A stretch of 64,000 nucleotides of DNA from Neovahlkampfia damariscottae (taxonomy: Eukaryota), in the NCBI GenBank assembly GCA_016618085.1, contig JABLTG010000034.1, forward strand, positions 1 to 64,000, read 5' to 3'. The translations under genes were made by a program, and so were the position numbers. This document shows, piece after piece, positions 8,139 to 21,084 of this stretch; position 1 is the stretch's first letter; each line of letters begins with the position of its first letter. The notes beneath the pieces were generated by a model. The model saw only the letters and a program-made list of their open reading frames with translations, made no database searches and was not told the origin of the DNA.

Positions 8139-10481
8139 ATGCGAAAACAAAAAAGTTTATATTTGGATAGTTCAGATTTAAATTCTAAAACTTCTTATTT
8201 GAAATATTTGTTGAACCGTTCAACTAAAACAGCAGAACTAACAAAAATTAAAAATTTTTCAGACAAAGAAATTCCAAAAATATCTGTTCATGATAAAATA
8301 AAACAAATTGAATCTAAAAATCATATTGAAAAAAGAAAGTCCAAGAGTTATTCTTCAATTACACCAAAAACTAAAATAATTTGTGAAAGAACATTAGTGG
8401 ATGATGTTAGTGTAATTAGTATGAGTAGTAGTGATGGTGGAAATGAAAATGAAAAGAAATTTGAAAAAGAAATGATTAAACAAATTAAGAATATTGATAA
8501 AGCCATTGAAATAATTGAAAAAGAAGAAAAGAGTACAATTACAAGTAGAAAAGAACATTATGAACTTAAAAATATACAAAAGAAACAAGAAAAGTTATAT
8601 GAAGAATTTAAAGAATATCAAAATTCATATATTCGATCAAAATATCAAGAAATTGAAGAGAAATATAAAGAAAGTGAAAAGAAAAAAAGATTATTAGAAG
8701 AAAAGAATAAAAAATTGAAAGAAGAATTAGATAAATATGTAAAATATCAAAAATTGAATTTAAAAATTAAACAATATGAAATTGAAATTCAAAATTCAAA
8801 AGAAATTCAAGAAAAGTTAATGATTGAAAATTCATCATTAAAGGATAGATTTGAATCAAATTATAATTTAATACAAGATGTATTTGAAGAAAAAGAAATT
8901 TTAAAAAATAAAAATATTGAAATGAATTCAAAAAATAATGATTTAAATTTGAAATTAAATCAAATACAAATAGAAATGGAAAATGAAAAATCAAAAAATG
9001 AAAATGAAATTAAAAAATTAAAAGAAGAAAATGAAAAATTAAAAAGTGAAAGAATGAATAATGAATCAAATATTCTGAAAAATAAAAATGAATACTTACA
9101 AGAAAAATTAAATCTATTTTTAGATTTATCAAATGAAATTAAATTAGATATGAAAAAGGATATTAATAATAAAATGAATATTGAACATTTAATTGATCAT
9201 AAAGTAGGTGTTATTAATGAAACAAATATGAAACATGATGAAGTAATTGATCAAAATGATTTGAATGAAAATATAAACCAAAATAATACTTTAGATAATA
9301 TATTGGACACAAATCAATCAAATTCAAGTGATAATTCAAACCAAAACCAAAACCAAAATGAACCAATCATTGAATTAGATAATTTTAATATTAATGATAA
9401 ATTACATGAATGTATTATAAATTCTAATGAAAATGATTTTTTAAAATATATTGAATTAAAACGTGATGATGAAATTGATTTAGAGAGAAGATATTCTAAT
9501 AAGATGACATTACTTCATCTTTCATGTTCAAAGAATTTAATTTTAATTTCAGAGATATTAATAAATAAAGGATCTGATTTAAATTCAATGGATAGTCAAT
9601 CAAGAACACCATTACATATTTCAGCTAATCATGGATATTATGATATTTGTATTTTATTACTTGGTAATGGATCAAAGATAAATGTTAGAGATTTATATGG
9701 ACATTCACCAATTATGTTAGCATTAAAATCACATCATTTTCATTTAATACCTGATTTACAATTATTTGGAGGTGATATTAATTTTAAAAGAGGTAATGGA
9801 ATTATATGTGTATTTAAATATTGATTAGATAATGGAATGACAATACTTCATGAAGTTATGCAAACATCAGATGAAGAATTATTTAATTATTTAATTGAAA
9901 TGAAGGGATTAAAATTTAATCAAAAAGATCAAGATGGACAAACACCATTATTAAAAAGTGCACAATTTTCAAGTCCAAAATTAATTTTTCAATGTTTAAA
10001 TTTAAAATATGTTGATTCAAAAATGGTTGATGATAGTGGCAGAAATTTATTTCATTTACTTGCAAAATATTCAAGAAATGATGTATTTGATTATATTTCA
10101 ACATTTAATCAATTAAAGAATCATTCAAATTTATTTTTAAAAAAGGATTTAATAAAAGGTTCAACACCTTTACATATAGCAAGTAATTAATCTAAATATT
10201 AAAAATTAGTTCATTCTGGTAATTTAGAAACAGTTCAATCGATTGTTCAAATTCAAAATCAAATTCTAAAAATAGATATTACTACATTGAAAGATAATAA
10301 AGGTTTAACACCTTATTCATTATCACTTCAAAAATTACAAAAAGTAAAATCATTTAATGATGATTCAAGTGATGAAATTATAAAACAAAAAAAATTAAAA
10401 TTCGAAAAAATTAAAGAATATTTACAATTCTTTCAAAAAAAGAGAAAAACATCTTTACAAATGTTTGTAGAATCTTTGTAA
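8139..10481 (+). CDS. Coiled-coil and ankyrin-repeat protein (2 introns)
   Basis: Long K/E heptad region followed by TLLHL, TPLHISA, SPIMLA, TILHE, TPLL and TPLHIA repeats; introns near 9793-9828 and 10183-10209. Confidence 0.85.
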
Positions 10482-10601
10482 AATAAAATAATTTATGTTA
10501 TATTTCTTCTATTTTATTATTTGCGAAACAGAAAAATTATTAATATGGTTTTAGATTGATACATTTATTTCAAAAAATATGTTGGATAAGAATCAAATTA
10601 T

Positions 10602-11204
10602 TTATAAATTCTTTTCAATGATTATATTTTTGAAATGTGTCTCAAATCCTTTTTCTGAAGTTGGAGAGGCAACAAATATTCCAACATTTACTTCTTCTAC
10701 ATTTCTAATAAAAGTCATTCGAAGTAAATCAAAACTCATTTTTAAATCATTTGAATAAGTCACTTGAACTGTTTCCTCTTTCCTTTCCAATTGGATGGTG
10801 AACCATTCAGATGGTTTTTGTAAAGGAATTACTGACCAGTCTGAATATTCATTGGTCACAACTACTGAAGCTTTTTGAATACCATCTACGTATTCAATTC
10901 CAGTTTTGATCCATTCCTTTTCATTTATTTTCAACATCAAACCTGCTTGATCATATAATTCTTCATATTTTCCTTGAAAATCAATAGAAATCTTAAAATT
11001 TCCTTTAATTTTTTGATAAAAAAAATTTCCATTATGTCTAATGAAACCATAATGAGTTTTTCTCCAATAATCAGATTTTGGTGAACTTGTAATAATGATT
11101 TCATCTTTTTTTACTTTATAGTTTTTTGGTTTATCATTATCCCTAATAAATTAATGTATGTTATTCAAAACTAACCATTGCCAGTTATCATCAATATTCA
11201 TCAT
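10602..11204 (-). CDS. DUF1349 family (Ree1-like, ConA-like fold) protein
   Basis: DYWRKTHYGFIRHNG, YDQAGLM and WIKTGIEY motifs; one 5' intron. Confidence 0.85.
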
Positions 11205-11317
11205 AGAAAATGCCAAACTGTTAACTTTATTTCAATGATGTAGGTTTTAATTATTCTCCAATCAAATCTAAAAGATGATTTGGTTGGTCAATTAAATCCA
11301 CCACAAACACAACATAA

Positions 11318-12652
11318 ATGATACAAACAATTAAAAGATTAAAAATATTTCAAACATTCTCTTATATAATAGCAACATATATTTGTAGTATAACTTTAAC
11401 TTTATTTTTGAAATGGGTGATGAAGTAAGTTACTTTTTTAATAATAATTCAAACTGATATTTATTAGTCATAAAGAAGAAAGATTTCCATTAACCTTTTT
11501 ATTTTTTCAATCATTAATGAATACATTTATATCTGGATTTGTTTGTAAATCATATAATTTATTTATTCAAAAACGAATATTTTATTGGAAATTATTTAGA
11601 CCATTAATTTTAGTTGGTATTTTAACAGGAATTGATTATGGATTATCAAATACAAGTTTTATTTTTATTACTGTTACATTATATACAATGGTATTTATTT
11701 TATATCTTTAATTATCATTACTTTAGATAAAATCATCAATACCATTATTTGTTATGATTATATCATTTTTATTTTTAATTTTAAAACCAAAAATAATCTT
11801 AATTATTTCCATTTTATTTATATCTATTGGTATTGGAACTGCTGTTGGTTCAACTACAGAATATTCTTTAATTGGAATAATATTAGTTTTATCATCATCA
11901 ATAATATCAGCACTTAGATTAGTTATTTTACAAAAAGTATTACAAAGTAATGAATTTGAGAATGTTTATGATGATATTAATCAAGAAAGACAATTAAATG
12001 AAATGATTGAAATGGATGATGATGATTTTGATATTTTTGAAAAAGATTATGAAATTAAACAAAAAATAATATCAAAACCATCTACTTTTTTAGTTTATTT
12101 TTATATTATGATGATTCTATCCATCACTATTTTACCTTTTTCAATTTTATTGGGTAAGAAAAAAAAATAAAAAATATTAAAAAAAAAAAAAGAATGGAAA
12201 AACATTTATATTTCATTTGTGAATTATAATTTAAAAGATACAACAATAATAATGTCAAAATTTTGGTTTATTATTAGAATGTTAGGAATTATATTTTATG
12301 GTGGAATTATTGCATTCTTTTTAAATGTTGTTGAATATTTATTAGTTCAAACAACATCTTCTTTAACATTAACAGTAAATAATTCTTTTTCTTTTAATTT
12401 ATTTAGATTATTGGAATATCAAAAGAATTAATGTTGATTACTTGTGGTATCATTATTTTTGGTGATCATTTTACTTTAATTAATGGAATTGGTTTTTCAA
12501 TTTGTATCATTGGTATTGTTATTTATCAGTTTGATAGATTATTTAATTTAAATAAAATTCAAAAATCGGAAGAAGAAAAATTATTATTGGAGGAAGATTT
12601 GTCAGAGGATGAAGTGGATATTAAAAAAGAGGAAATAGAGAAACAGTTTTAA
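11318..12652 (+). CDS. Triose-phosphate/nucleotide-sugar transporter family protein (SLC35C2-like)
   Basis: GIDYGLSNTSFIFITVTLYTM-IKSS, EYLLVQTTSSLTLTV, IIFGDHFTLINGIG; multiple TM helices; several short introns. Confidence 0.8.
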
Positions 12653-12764
12653 ATACAATTCTTTTTTTTATTGTTATATTTTTGAGATGGTTTCAGTGGT
12701 TCAAAATACTTGAGTTGTGTGGATGAAAAGGATAGAATGTAAAAAAAAAGAAAATATTTTGAAT

Positions 12765-15700
12765 TTATTCATAGTCTTCAGGTTCAGGTTCAGGATCGCC
12801 TTGTGGTGGTGGTGGAACTTCATCAACGCCATTATTTTCTTCGACCACCATTTTTTCTGATTTTCTTGCAGCTCTTTCTTCCCTTTCTTTTTGTTCTCTC
12901 AATTTTTGTTTGATAGGATCTTCATCTTCATTTGGTTGAACAACTTCTTTTGACTCAAATTCATCTTCGTCATTTCCTTCATTTGGTTGAACAACATCTT
13001 TTTCATCTTTCTTTGAATCTTCATCTTCATCAGATAAATCAGGTAAGAATCCCATTTCTTCAATTTCAAATTCTTGTCCAAATGTTGCTTCATGAGCAGC
13101 TCCTACATTTGGATCACCACCTTTTGTATTTGGTTTGATATCTTTTTGTTGGCGAAGTTCTTCAGGTGTGAAGAATAAAATGTAACACAAAGCTTCAATA
13201 CTATGATATCCAATAAAGTTGATCAAAACAATAAATGGTTTTGCAAGAAAAACTTCAATCAAAATAGCAAGTAAAGATGCGTGTAACCAATTAAAAGCTT
13301 GACCTGTATTGTCAATTGATGTATAATTAAATCCTAAAGCAAAGACTACAACAATCATAACAACTGAAGTGAGAAGAAGGAATATGTAAATTGGAATTGA
13401 TGCCCACCATGGAAACATAAATCTTTGACTATTTGTTTTTCTCATTTCTTCATCCTTTTGAAAATCAAGACTGAAAACGAATGGTCTAATATCTGGAATC
13501 CATGTAGGTTTAACAAGTGTACATACAAACCAAATCGCTAGGATAACTGAAAATGCAAGGCAACCAAGACCAAGACCTGATAAAAGTTCAACAATATTTG
13601 GTGAGCCAGCAACAATAGCAGGAACAGCAATACCAATAACAAATAATCCTACTCCAAGAGAAACAAAAATAATGAAGAGTACAATAGTTGTGACAGCATT
13701 GATAATATTCCATATTGATGAAAATGAGAACCATTCTTCAAATACTTCATTTTTGAAACTTCTAACTTTGATATTTAAATAAGCAAACATAATTGTTCCA
13801 ACATAAACACAAATTGATAATGAAACATAAAGTCCAAGACCAAAACTTGCTGTTTGAACACCAATTGTAAACATAAGAATATAAGCAATGAGAACTAATG
13901 CGTGAACAAGTGTATAAAATAAGTAGAGTCCACCAATAGTAACGTATTTAAGAGGATCACTTACAGTATCTGCAAATGTTTCAAATGATAAATCACCCCA
14001 ATCTAAAAATGCAGTGTAAATTGCTCCACAAATTTCTTTTGAATCATCCACATTTACAAAGATTGGATCTTTTTTTGTAGGTTGAACACGTCTTGGTTCT
14101 GCGTCACCTTCTGTGTCGTCGTCATCAAAATTATCATCATCAACTTTCTTTTCTTCTTTTAGTTCATGATGTTGATCTAATTCTTGTTCTCCAATATCAT
14201 CCATTTCAAAATCTGTATTACGTCCAAGATTATTTGGATCAACTACTGTTAGTGCATTTTGTTGTTTTCCTCCAATTAAATTTGGATATGGTGCAGTAAT
14301 TGAAAATAAAAAGGTGAATACAGCAGAAAATGGAACAGCAAATAAAATAGCAATAAACGCAGCAACAAGAGAATTCAAACCAACATATTGATTTTGAATA
14401 TAAAGTATAGCATTTCCAGTATAAATTGCAAGAATTGTTACTAAAATAACTGACCATCTTTGATCTCTACTGAAGTTATTAAATCTTAATTTAGCAAAGA
14501 TTGATAAATAGATATGTGATTTTTTTAATTCTTCAACCAAATATCTAAATATACCCATGTCTTCATCTGACTTATCTTCTTGTGGAAAGAATTTATCTTG
14601 AACTAATCCAAATGCAACAATTGCAATGAGACCAATTACATAAGTTAATAATGTGAGGATCATAGTCACAAAAACTGTAAAGTTTGCTGTACTTGAAGTA
14701 ATTGGAGTAAATAAATCAATAAAAGAAGAAAATGTTGTAGTATGAGTACATGAACATTCAACCATTGAAGTTGTATAATTTGATACAGCACAGCCACTTG
14801 AAGACCATGTTTTGTTTTGTTCATCATAGTATTTGCATGAAAGTATTTGAGCACCACTGTTTACTTTTGCAACATCAATTTTTGAAGGAATTTGTAATTT
14901 GAATGGTGTTTGAAGATTTTGAATTTGAATTTTTTCTCCATTTTTATCAAGAATTGAAAATTCAACAAGTTCTGAAACGATTTGTGTATTTTCATTTGGT
15001 GTATATGGGTTATTTGTTACTTTTGACATGGAAACTGAAACTTCTTCTTCTCCTGAAACTCCTAAAAGAAATCCAGAAGCAGGAAGAGTTATTAATGAAT
15101 TTCCACTTGAAACTTGCAAATTGTCCAATTCTTTTTTCAAAACTTTTTGAGTGGTGACAGCAACTGAACATGATGAAACCGATTTTGATTGACCAACGTA
15201 AGCAGTTGATGATTGAAGTGAAAAAGCATCATTTAAATTTGTTGTAATATCAAGAGTAGTTCCATTTGAAGCAATAGCATTATCATTAATAATTTCTTCA
15301 TAAGTTGAAAGAAGATTAGCAACAGTATTAGCTGAAGGAACAATGGTCAATGCTTTTTTTCCAATTTTTCCAAGAATATTAACAAGTTGAATTTTGTTTG
15401 AAGTGCTCAATTCACTTGGTTTCTTTGTTAAAATTGAAACGATTTGTGTATATTTTTCAAGTTTTTGTTGGTTAACGCTTGATAAATCTTGAAGAAGAGG
15501 GAGAATAATGTTGACCATTCTGTTTCTGAAAGATGTAACAAGTAAATTGTTTGCGACTGTGTAACGACAATCATCACCTGCCCTTCCATTGTTACATATA
15601 CAATAGTAAGTTGAAAATGTATTTTGTTTCAAAGTACATGTACCTGAAGTTCCACAATTATTTGGGCAACCACAATCAGCTCTTACAACCTTAGTATTCA

Positions 15701-18700
15701 ATAAATTGACAATATTTCCAACAGCAATGAATGTGCCAACTGCATCTCCAGCTTCAACTCTTTGATTGATTACACTTTCAGCACTGAGAATTTTTGCAAC
15801 ATTTCCATCATAATCTGTTGATGACAATTGACTATTAACGTTAATTGTTGCTTCAGCAAATGAAGTAGATCCATGAATATCACGAGCAACACATCTAATA
15901 ACAACACCTGAAGATACTGATTGTAAATGGACATTATCAAGAGTAGAAGAACTTTGAAATTCTCTTAAAATAGTTAATTCATTCACATTTCTTGTATAAA
16001 ATGCATATTGTAATGAACTTCCACCAAATCCTTTACATTCAAACTTGAATGGTGTTGTTGATTCATTACCAATAGTTGGTGTTGAAACAACTGTACCAAC
16101 TTGAGGTGGTGACAATACTTCAAATGTTACGGAAGCAGATGAATTCGTTGTAGGATCTGTTGATAGACTTGCTTCAACTGTAAAACCATATGTTGATCCA
16201 ACTGTTAATGTTGAAGCAGCAAATACTAACTCTACTGATGTTTTTGATGTAAGAATTTTAGTTTTGTCATCCAAGTTAATTGAAGGTCCTGAATTTTGTT
16301 TCCATAAATAATTAAAAGTTGAGCCAGTGTTTAAAGTTGCAGTTGCTCTGATTGAATTGTCGAAAGCAACTGGAAATTCTTTTTTACTTCCTCCAAAAAT
16401 AACAACATTTGGAAATACTTTTTCTACATTGACACTTGTGACTGAAGTTGAAGCAGTTGCTACTCTTGTTCCTTTTTGATAAGTAAGAGTGAAAGTATAT
16501 GTTCCTGGAACAAAGAGAGTTAAAGAGATCGATGATGTTGGTGTCAATGAAAGTCCACTACAATCACCGTTCGAAGTTGAGCATCCCCATTGATAAGTTT
16601 CAGTTTCAGATGTTTCATCAGGATCTACACTTGATGATGATAATGCAAATGTGGTTAATTTTGAAACAACTTTATCTCCACCTTGAATTAAAGCTGAAAC
16701 TGGACGTGATGAAATTACAATGGTGAATTCTGAAGTAATTTCTTGACCAGGATAGGCATTTGGCTTGACTGATATTTGAAATTTGTAAGTACCAGCACTA
16801 GGGAATGTAAATGCTGGGATTGTGAGCGTGAATTCTGAGAGTGTGAGATTTGAAAAACCAGGTATTGATGTTCCAGATGTTTGACTCCACAAAATAACAC
16901 GTGTTTTGTCAGCACTAAAACAAGAAGCAAATTCTGCTTTTGTAATTAAAGTAACTTCCATATTTCTGTATAATACTGAAGAAATAGGATTTGATATCAA
17001 AACTAATGATGGTGATGATAATTTTTCAACACGAACTGTCATGACACCTTTAAGATTTAAAAAGTTTGTAACTGTCAATGTAAAATCATAAATTCCTGCT
17101 CCAATGCTTCCACTTGAGATTGTGAATGAGGAAGTTGTAGCTGCATTTACAATTGATTGAAATCCATTCGCACTTCCTGAAACTGCTGTGACTGTCCAAG
17201 AATAAGTGAGACCCCTTCTATCAGCACTAGAAGATGCATCACCAGTGAGAACCAAGTCATCACATGATCCAATTTTTGTTGGTGCGTATATCAAAGCTGT
17301 AGGATTGACAGGTGTTTCAGCTGCCAAAACAGAAATGTCTTGTAAAGAAATTGCTTGACTAGTTCCTGCATGAATATTTGTTTTTAATATTTCACCAGGT
17401 TTAACAGTTGCATCTTTACCGAGGTAAATGAATAGTTTTCCATTTTTTGATTCACATTGTGCATTTCCAATTGCTTGTAAACTTTGAGTGTCAAACAATG
17501 ATGAGCATGATGTGATTGATGAAATAGTTGAATTTGAGACCAAGGTTGATAAATCATTTGTAAATTTGAAAGGAGTTACTTGAATATTACAATTTGGAGG
17601 TAAATAATAACTTGATCTACAAGTTGTAGTTGATTGAAATTGGCAATTTTGTCCTGAATATCCAACTTGACAAGTACAATTTTCAGGTCCTGAACAAATA
17701 CCTTTTCCTGAACAAACTGATACATCAGATGGTGATTTTCCACGACAAGTAAAACTTGAACAACTATCTCCAAGATATCCAGGGTTACAAATACAGTAAT
17801 CTCCTGAACAAACACCATTTCCTGAGCAATTATTTTTTAATGAGCAATCTGGACAAGCATCAGTTAATCCATCAGGTTCTGTCACATTAGAACAGCTCCA
17901 AACTTTTAACTCATCAATATAGCCAGAAGACGCATTATTTCCATTTGAATCCGCTCCAATAAAAATACCATTTGTTTGTTGATTAGTATTTACTGGTACA
18001 TTAACATTTGAAAATGAAGATTCAATTCCGTCAATTGTGACCGTGAATTGATTTAATTGTTTTTGAAATAGCATATAATGCCAGTTATTGTCATGATAAT
18101 TTCTGACAAAACCTTTTGCAAGTTCAGTTGGTGTTGAATCTGTTGATCTTTTTAATTTTACTGAAATTTGACTTGCACCTAAAGCAGAAAATTGAATAAC
18201 AGGATCATCAAGCATTTGTAATATAACTTTTTCTGTTACGACAGGTGTTGGAATTTTAAACCAAAATTGAACTGTAAAATATCCATTTGGAGAAAAATCA
18301 GAAGAAAATGGAACTTTAAAGTAATCTTTTCCATTTGTCAATGCACTTCCTTTACAAGCACCATTTGTTGAAAAAATTTGATCACTTGATACGATTTCAG
18401 CATCACTTCCATGACCAGAAATATCAATTAAGTATTTTTTTGAGCTAAGAGAATAAACATCTGTTGATTGAAATGAGTAATAAGCCTTAATTGATTCAGC
18501 TGTGCAGTTATCAACATTGATATTGAGATCACAAGAGCTACCTGCGAAACCTTTGTTACAAAGACAATAGTTTTCAGCAACACATTTTCCATTTCCACTA
18601 CAACTTGAACTGGATGTGCATGTCGGACAACCAGTTGGATAAGTTGGTTCGGCTGGATTTGAGCAACTCCAAATTTTAAATTCATCAATTTGTCCAGAAA

Positions 18701-19310
18701 AAGAAGATGTAGAATCTGATCCAATGATGACAGGTGATGCATTAAATAAGACAGCAGCAGATTGAGACGCCATTTCTCTTCCATCTACTGTAAGTGTATA
18801 TAAGTCACCTTTTTTTGATAATTTGACATGATGCCAAGTATTATCCATATAATTTGTTGTTAAAGAACTTCCACTGATTGAAATTCCTGAAACAAGTACT
18901 GAAATTAAACCGCTTGTATCAACTTTAAATGAAATTGAAGGTGAAGCAAAAAGTTCTACAAGTGTTTCGGTTTTTGTTGGTTTTGTTCCTTTGAAGTTAA
19001 ATTCAACAGTCCAAAAAGTTTGTGGTAGAAGTGAGGTTTTGGCTGGAATTTCAACTTTTCCTGTTGCGCCAAAAGCAACTGCTTTATCACAGGCACCATT
19101 AACAATAGCAGCAGCATTTGTACTTAAAGCATTATTTGTATTTCCACTTTCATCAACAAAATAAGTATTTGAATTAATTTGTGTTTGTTGTGAAAAAGAA
19201 ATGTAAGCTTTTAAATTTTTTGATGAACAGGTTTCAAAGCTAGATGTTTGAGAAGAAACCATGAACAACAAAAAAGTAACGATAAATAAGAAGCTACTGA
19301 GATGTTTCAT
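12765..19310 (-). CDS. Polycystin-1/PKDREJ-like receptor: 2 LamG-like, EGF repeats, REJ/PKD, GAIN-GPS, multi-TM
   Basis: Signal peptide from MKHLSS (19310), WHHV...GQIDEFKIW twice, EGF repeats, SVDPD...YQWGC (REJ), GPS CKYYDE..WSSSGC..CSCTHTTTF, polycystin-type SHIYLSIF...FSRDQR; intronless. Confidence 0.8.
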   Translation of the reverse strand: MKHLSSFLFIVTFLLFMVSSQTSSFETCSSKNLKAYISFSQQTQINSNTYFVDESGNTNNALSTNAAAIVNGACDKAVAFGATGKVEIPAKTSLLPQTFWTVEFNFKGTKPTKTETLVELFASPSISFKVDTSGLISVLVSGISISGSSLTTNYMDNTWHHVKLSKKGDLYTLTVDGREMASQSAAVLFNASPVIIGSDSTSSFSGQIDEFKIWSCSNPAEPTYPTGCPTCTSSSSCSGNGKCVAENYCLCNKGFAGSSCDLNINVDNCTAESIKAYYSFQSTDVYSLSSKKYLIDISGHGSDAEIVSSDQIFSTNGACKGSALTNGKDYFKVPFSSDFSPNGYFTVQFWFKIPTPVVTEKVILQMLDDPVIQFSALGASQISVKLKRSTDSTPTELAKGFVRNYHDNNWHYMLFQKQLNQFTVTIDGIESSFSNVNVPVNTNQQTNGIFIGADSNGNNASSGYIDELKVWSCSNVTEPDGLTDACPDCSLKNNCSGNGVCSGDYCICNPGYLGDSCSSFTCRGKSPSDVSVCSGKGICSGPENCTCQVGYSGQNCQFQSTTTCRSSYYLPPNCNIQVTPFKFTNDLSTLVSNSTISSITSCSSLFDTQSLQAIGNAQCESKNGKLFIYLGKDATVKPGEILKTNIHAGTSQAISLQDISVLAAETPVNPTALIYAPTKIGSCDDLVLTGDASSSADRRGLTYSWTVTAVSGSANGFQSIVNAATTSSFTISSGSIGAGIYDFTLTVTNFLNLKGVMTVRVEKLSSPSLVLISNPISSVLYRNMEVTLITKAEFASCFSADKTRVILWSQTSGTSIPGFSNLTLSEFTLTIPAFTFPSAGTYKFQISVKPNAYPGQEITSEFTIVISSRPVSALIQGGDKVVSKLTTFALSSSSVDPDETSETETYQWGCSTSNGDCSGLSLTPTSSISLTLFVPGTYTFTLTYQKGTRVATASTSVTSVNVEKVFPNVVIFGGSKKEFPVAFDNSIRATATLNTGSTFNYLWKQNSGPSINLDDKTKILTSKTSVELVFAASTLTVGSTYGFTVEASLSTDPTTNSSASVTFEVLSPPQVGTVVSTPTIGNESTTPFKFECKGFGGSSLQYAFYTRNVNELTILREFQSSSTLDNVHLQSVSSGVVIRCVARDIHGSTSFAEATINVNSQLSSTDYDGNVAKILSAESVINQRVEAGDAVGTFIAVGNIVNLLNTKVVRADCGCPNNCGTSGTCTLKQNTFSTYYCICNNGRAGDDCRYTVANNLLVTSFRNRMVNIILPLLQDLSSVNQQKLEKYTQIVSILTKKPSELSTSNKIQLVNILGKIGKKALTIVPSANTVANLLSTYEEIINDNAIASNGTTLDITTNLNDAFSLQSSTAYVGQSKSVSSCSVAVTTQKVLKKELDNLQVSSGNSLITLPASGFLLGVSGEEEVSVSMSKVTNNPYTPNENTQIVSELVEFSILDKNGEKIQIQNLQTPFKLQIPSKIDVAKVNSGAQILSCKYYDEQNKTWSSSGCAVSNYTTSMVECSCTHTTTFSSFIDLFTPITSSTANFTVFVTMILTLLTYVIGLIAIVAFGLVQDKFFPQEDKSDEDMGIFRYLVEELKKSHIYLSIFAKLRFNNFSRDQRWSVILVTILAIYTGNAILYIQNQYVGLNSLVAAFIAILFAVPFSAVFTFLFSITAPYPNLIGGKQQNALTVVDPNNLGRNTDFEMDDIGEQELDQHHELKEEKKVDDDNFDDDDTEGDAEPRRVQPTKKDPIFVNVDDSKEICGAIYTAFLDWGDLSFETFADTVSDPLKYVTIGGLYLFYTLVHALVLIAYILMFTIGVQTASFGLGLYVSLSICVYVGTIMFAYLNIKVRSFKNEVFEEWFSFSSIWNIINAVTTIVLFIIFVSLGVGLFVIGIAVPAIVAGSPNIVELLSGLGLGCLAFSVILAIWFVCTLVKPTWIPDIRPFVFSLDFQKDEEMRKTNSQRFMFPWWASIPIYIFLLLTSVVMIVVVFALGFNYTSIDNTGQAFNWLHASLLAILIEVFLAKPFIVLINFIGYHSIEALCYILFFTPEELRQQKDIKPNTKGGDPNVGAAHEATFGQEFEIEEMGFLPDLSDEDEDSKKDEKDVVQPNEGNDEDEFESKEVVQPNEDEDPIKQKLREQKEREERAARKSEKMVVEENNGVDEVPPPPQGDPEPEPEDYE

Positions 19311-19512
19311 TTTGTTGTTTACGTTTAAAAAAGTTTTTTCTAAAATGAACTGATTCGTCAACTGAGATTTTTTTGTAATATTATTCTATTGGTCTATTTG
19401 ATTGATGGACATCAGAAAGAAATGAAGTTATTTTTTTATTTTTGTTCCAGATATCAAATCAACAAATAAGTTTGGTTCAAATTCGAAAATTTCAATTGAA
19501 AAATAAATTTAT

Positions 19513-20104
19513 TTATTCCAATCTGAAAATGATATGAATTCCAGAATCAGTCGTAACAATTGAAGAAAGTTCACCTGGTTGTAAGGCAAAAGAAGCATCT
19601 TCAAATGGTTTTTGCATTTCACCCTTTAAAAAAAAAAATAAAAAAAAAATCTTTTCAAATACTTTTCCAAAGAAACCCAAATCTCCTGAATATTTCGCCG
19701 AATTACAATCACTGAATTCTTTTGCCAATTCTTCAAACTTAGCATCTTTATCTTCCGCATTTTCAATTTGTTCGCGGTACTCAGAAAGAATTTTTGTTGC
19801 TTCTTCCAAAGTTCTAGTTATAACATCTTCTCTCCAGGAACTTGGTCTACGTGATTTATCATGTTTGACCAAAAGATGACGAACTCTTACTCTTTCACCT
19901 TTTTGAGCTGGATCTGTTGGTTTTTCCCATTGAGATTCCATTGTATAACTGTTAATGTAGTACTTTAAACCATTTCTACTTTTTGAATATCCAACTGTCC
20001 ATCCTAAACATTTTTTAATGAAATAATATATCACCTTCAGGTAATTCTTCTTCTTCTTCAATTTCTTCTTGGTTTTTTACTTCTTTTGATTCTTCTTCGC
20101 TCAT
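19513..20104 (-). CDS. PIN1: Peptidyl-prolyl isomerase Pin1/Ess1 (WW + parvulin)
   Basis: GW...YYIN...[44 protein letters not shown]; in-frame 39-nt intron at 19624-19662. Confidence 0.95.
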
Positions 20105-20313
20105 CCCACCTGTTTTGTTTTGAAAATGTATCTGATTGGTCAACCATTTCAACAGTATTTATAAATTTTAGGAAATTTTTCAGAGTATTTTTCTTCAGTA
20201 TAATATTTTCAATCCAATAGAAAAAAAAACCCAATGGAGGAATTTGTCTTGTTATAAATTCAGTTGATTGGTTGGTAAAAGTTTAAAAATAAAAAAAAGA
20301 TCAAGTTGGAGTG

Positions 20314-21057
20314 ATGAACACTAACAACCAAACATTTTACCCACAAATTCAAGTTAACCAACCAGTTGTATACACTGAACAACAACAACCACAACAACAA
20401 TATTTTGAACAACAACAATTCCTTCAAACTCAAAATTATCCTCAAAATGTTCAACCTCAATTATCTCAACCACAATTCTCTCAACCTCAATTTATTCAAC
20501 CTGAACCTTTGAGAAGATTGGAATTTGATACACCAATTACAAGAACAAAGAATAACATTGGACAAATTGACGAAACAACTGGAAACTTAACATTCACTTC
20601 AACCTCTTGGTTTTTTAAAATCATGTTAATCATCACAGCAATATATTTTGTAGTCATTACTGCTATTGTCTTCCTCATTGGATTTTCATCAGATCATTTT
20701 CCAATTTGGATGTTTGTTATTCCTTTAGTTTTATTCAGTATTTTACTTTTAGATCGCAAGTATCAAGTTATTTTTGATGATAAAAATCATTTATTAATCA
20801 TCAAAGGAGGATTTAGATTTTTACCTTGTGTACCTTTCTTTGCACTCAACAGAACAATCAGATATAATGATATCAAAGATATTTACAATGAATTATTTTA
20901 TGTAAACAAATCAAAAATTATTCTTATCACAACAAATGATGAACATGTACCACTTTTAACATCAAAACATCACAGAGCATCATCATTAAGTGTTCATTAT
21001 TCACAAAGAATTGTTGAAGAAATGCGTGAACATTTAACTTTTGTAACAAATCAATAA
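20314..21057 (+). CDS. Membrane protein with Q/P-rich N-terminus and two TM helices
   Basis: ORF with QPQF-type repeats, two hydrophobic segments and a soluble C-terminal domain. Confidence 0.75.
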   Translation: MNTNNQTFYPQIQVNQPVVYTEQQQPQQQYFEQQQFLQTQNYPQNVQPQLSQPQFSQPQFIQPEPLRRLEFDTPITRTKNNIGQIDETTGNLTFTSTSWFFKIMLIITAIYFVVITAIVFLIGFSSDHFPIWMFVIPLVLFSILLLDRKYQVIFDDKNHLLIIKGGFRFLPCVPFFALNRTIRYNDIKDIYNELFYVNKSKIILITTNDEHVPLLTSKHHRASSLSVHYSQRIVEEMREHLTFVTNQ

Positions 21058-21084
21058 ACAATTATTTGTAAACAAACAGTCTTT

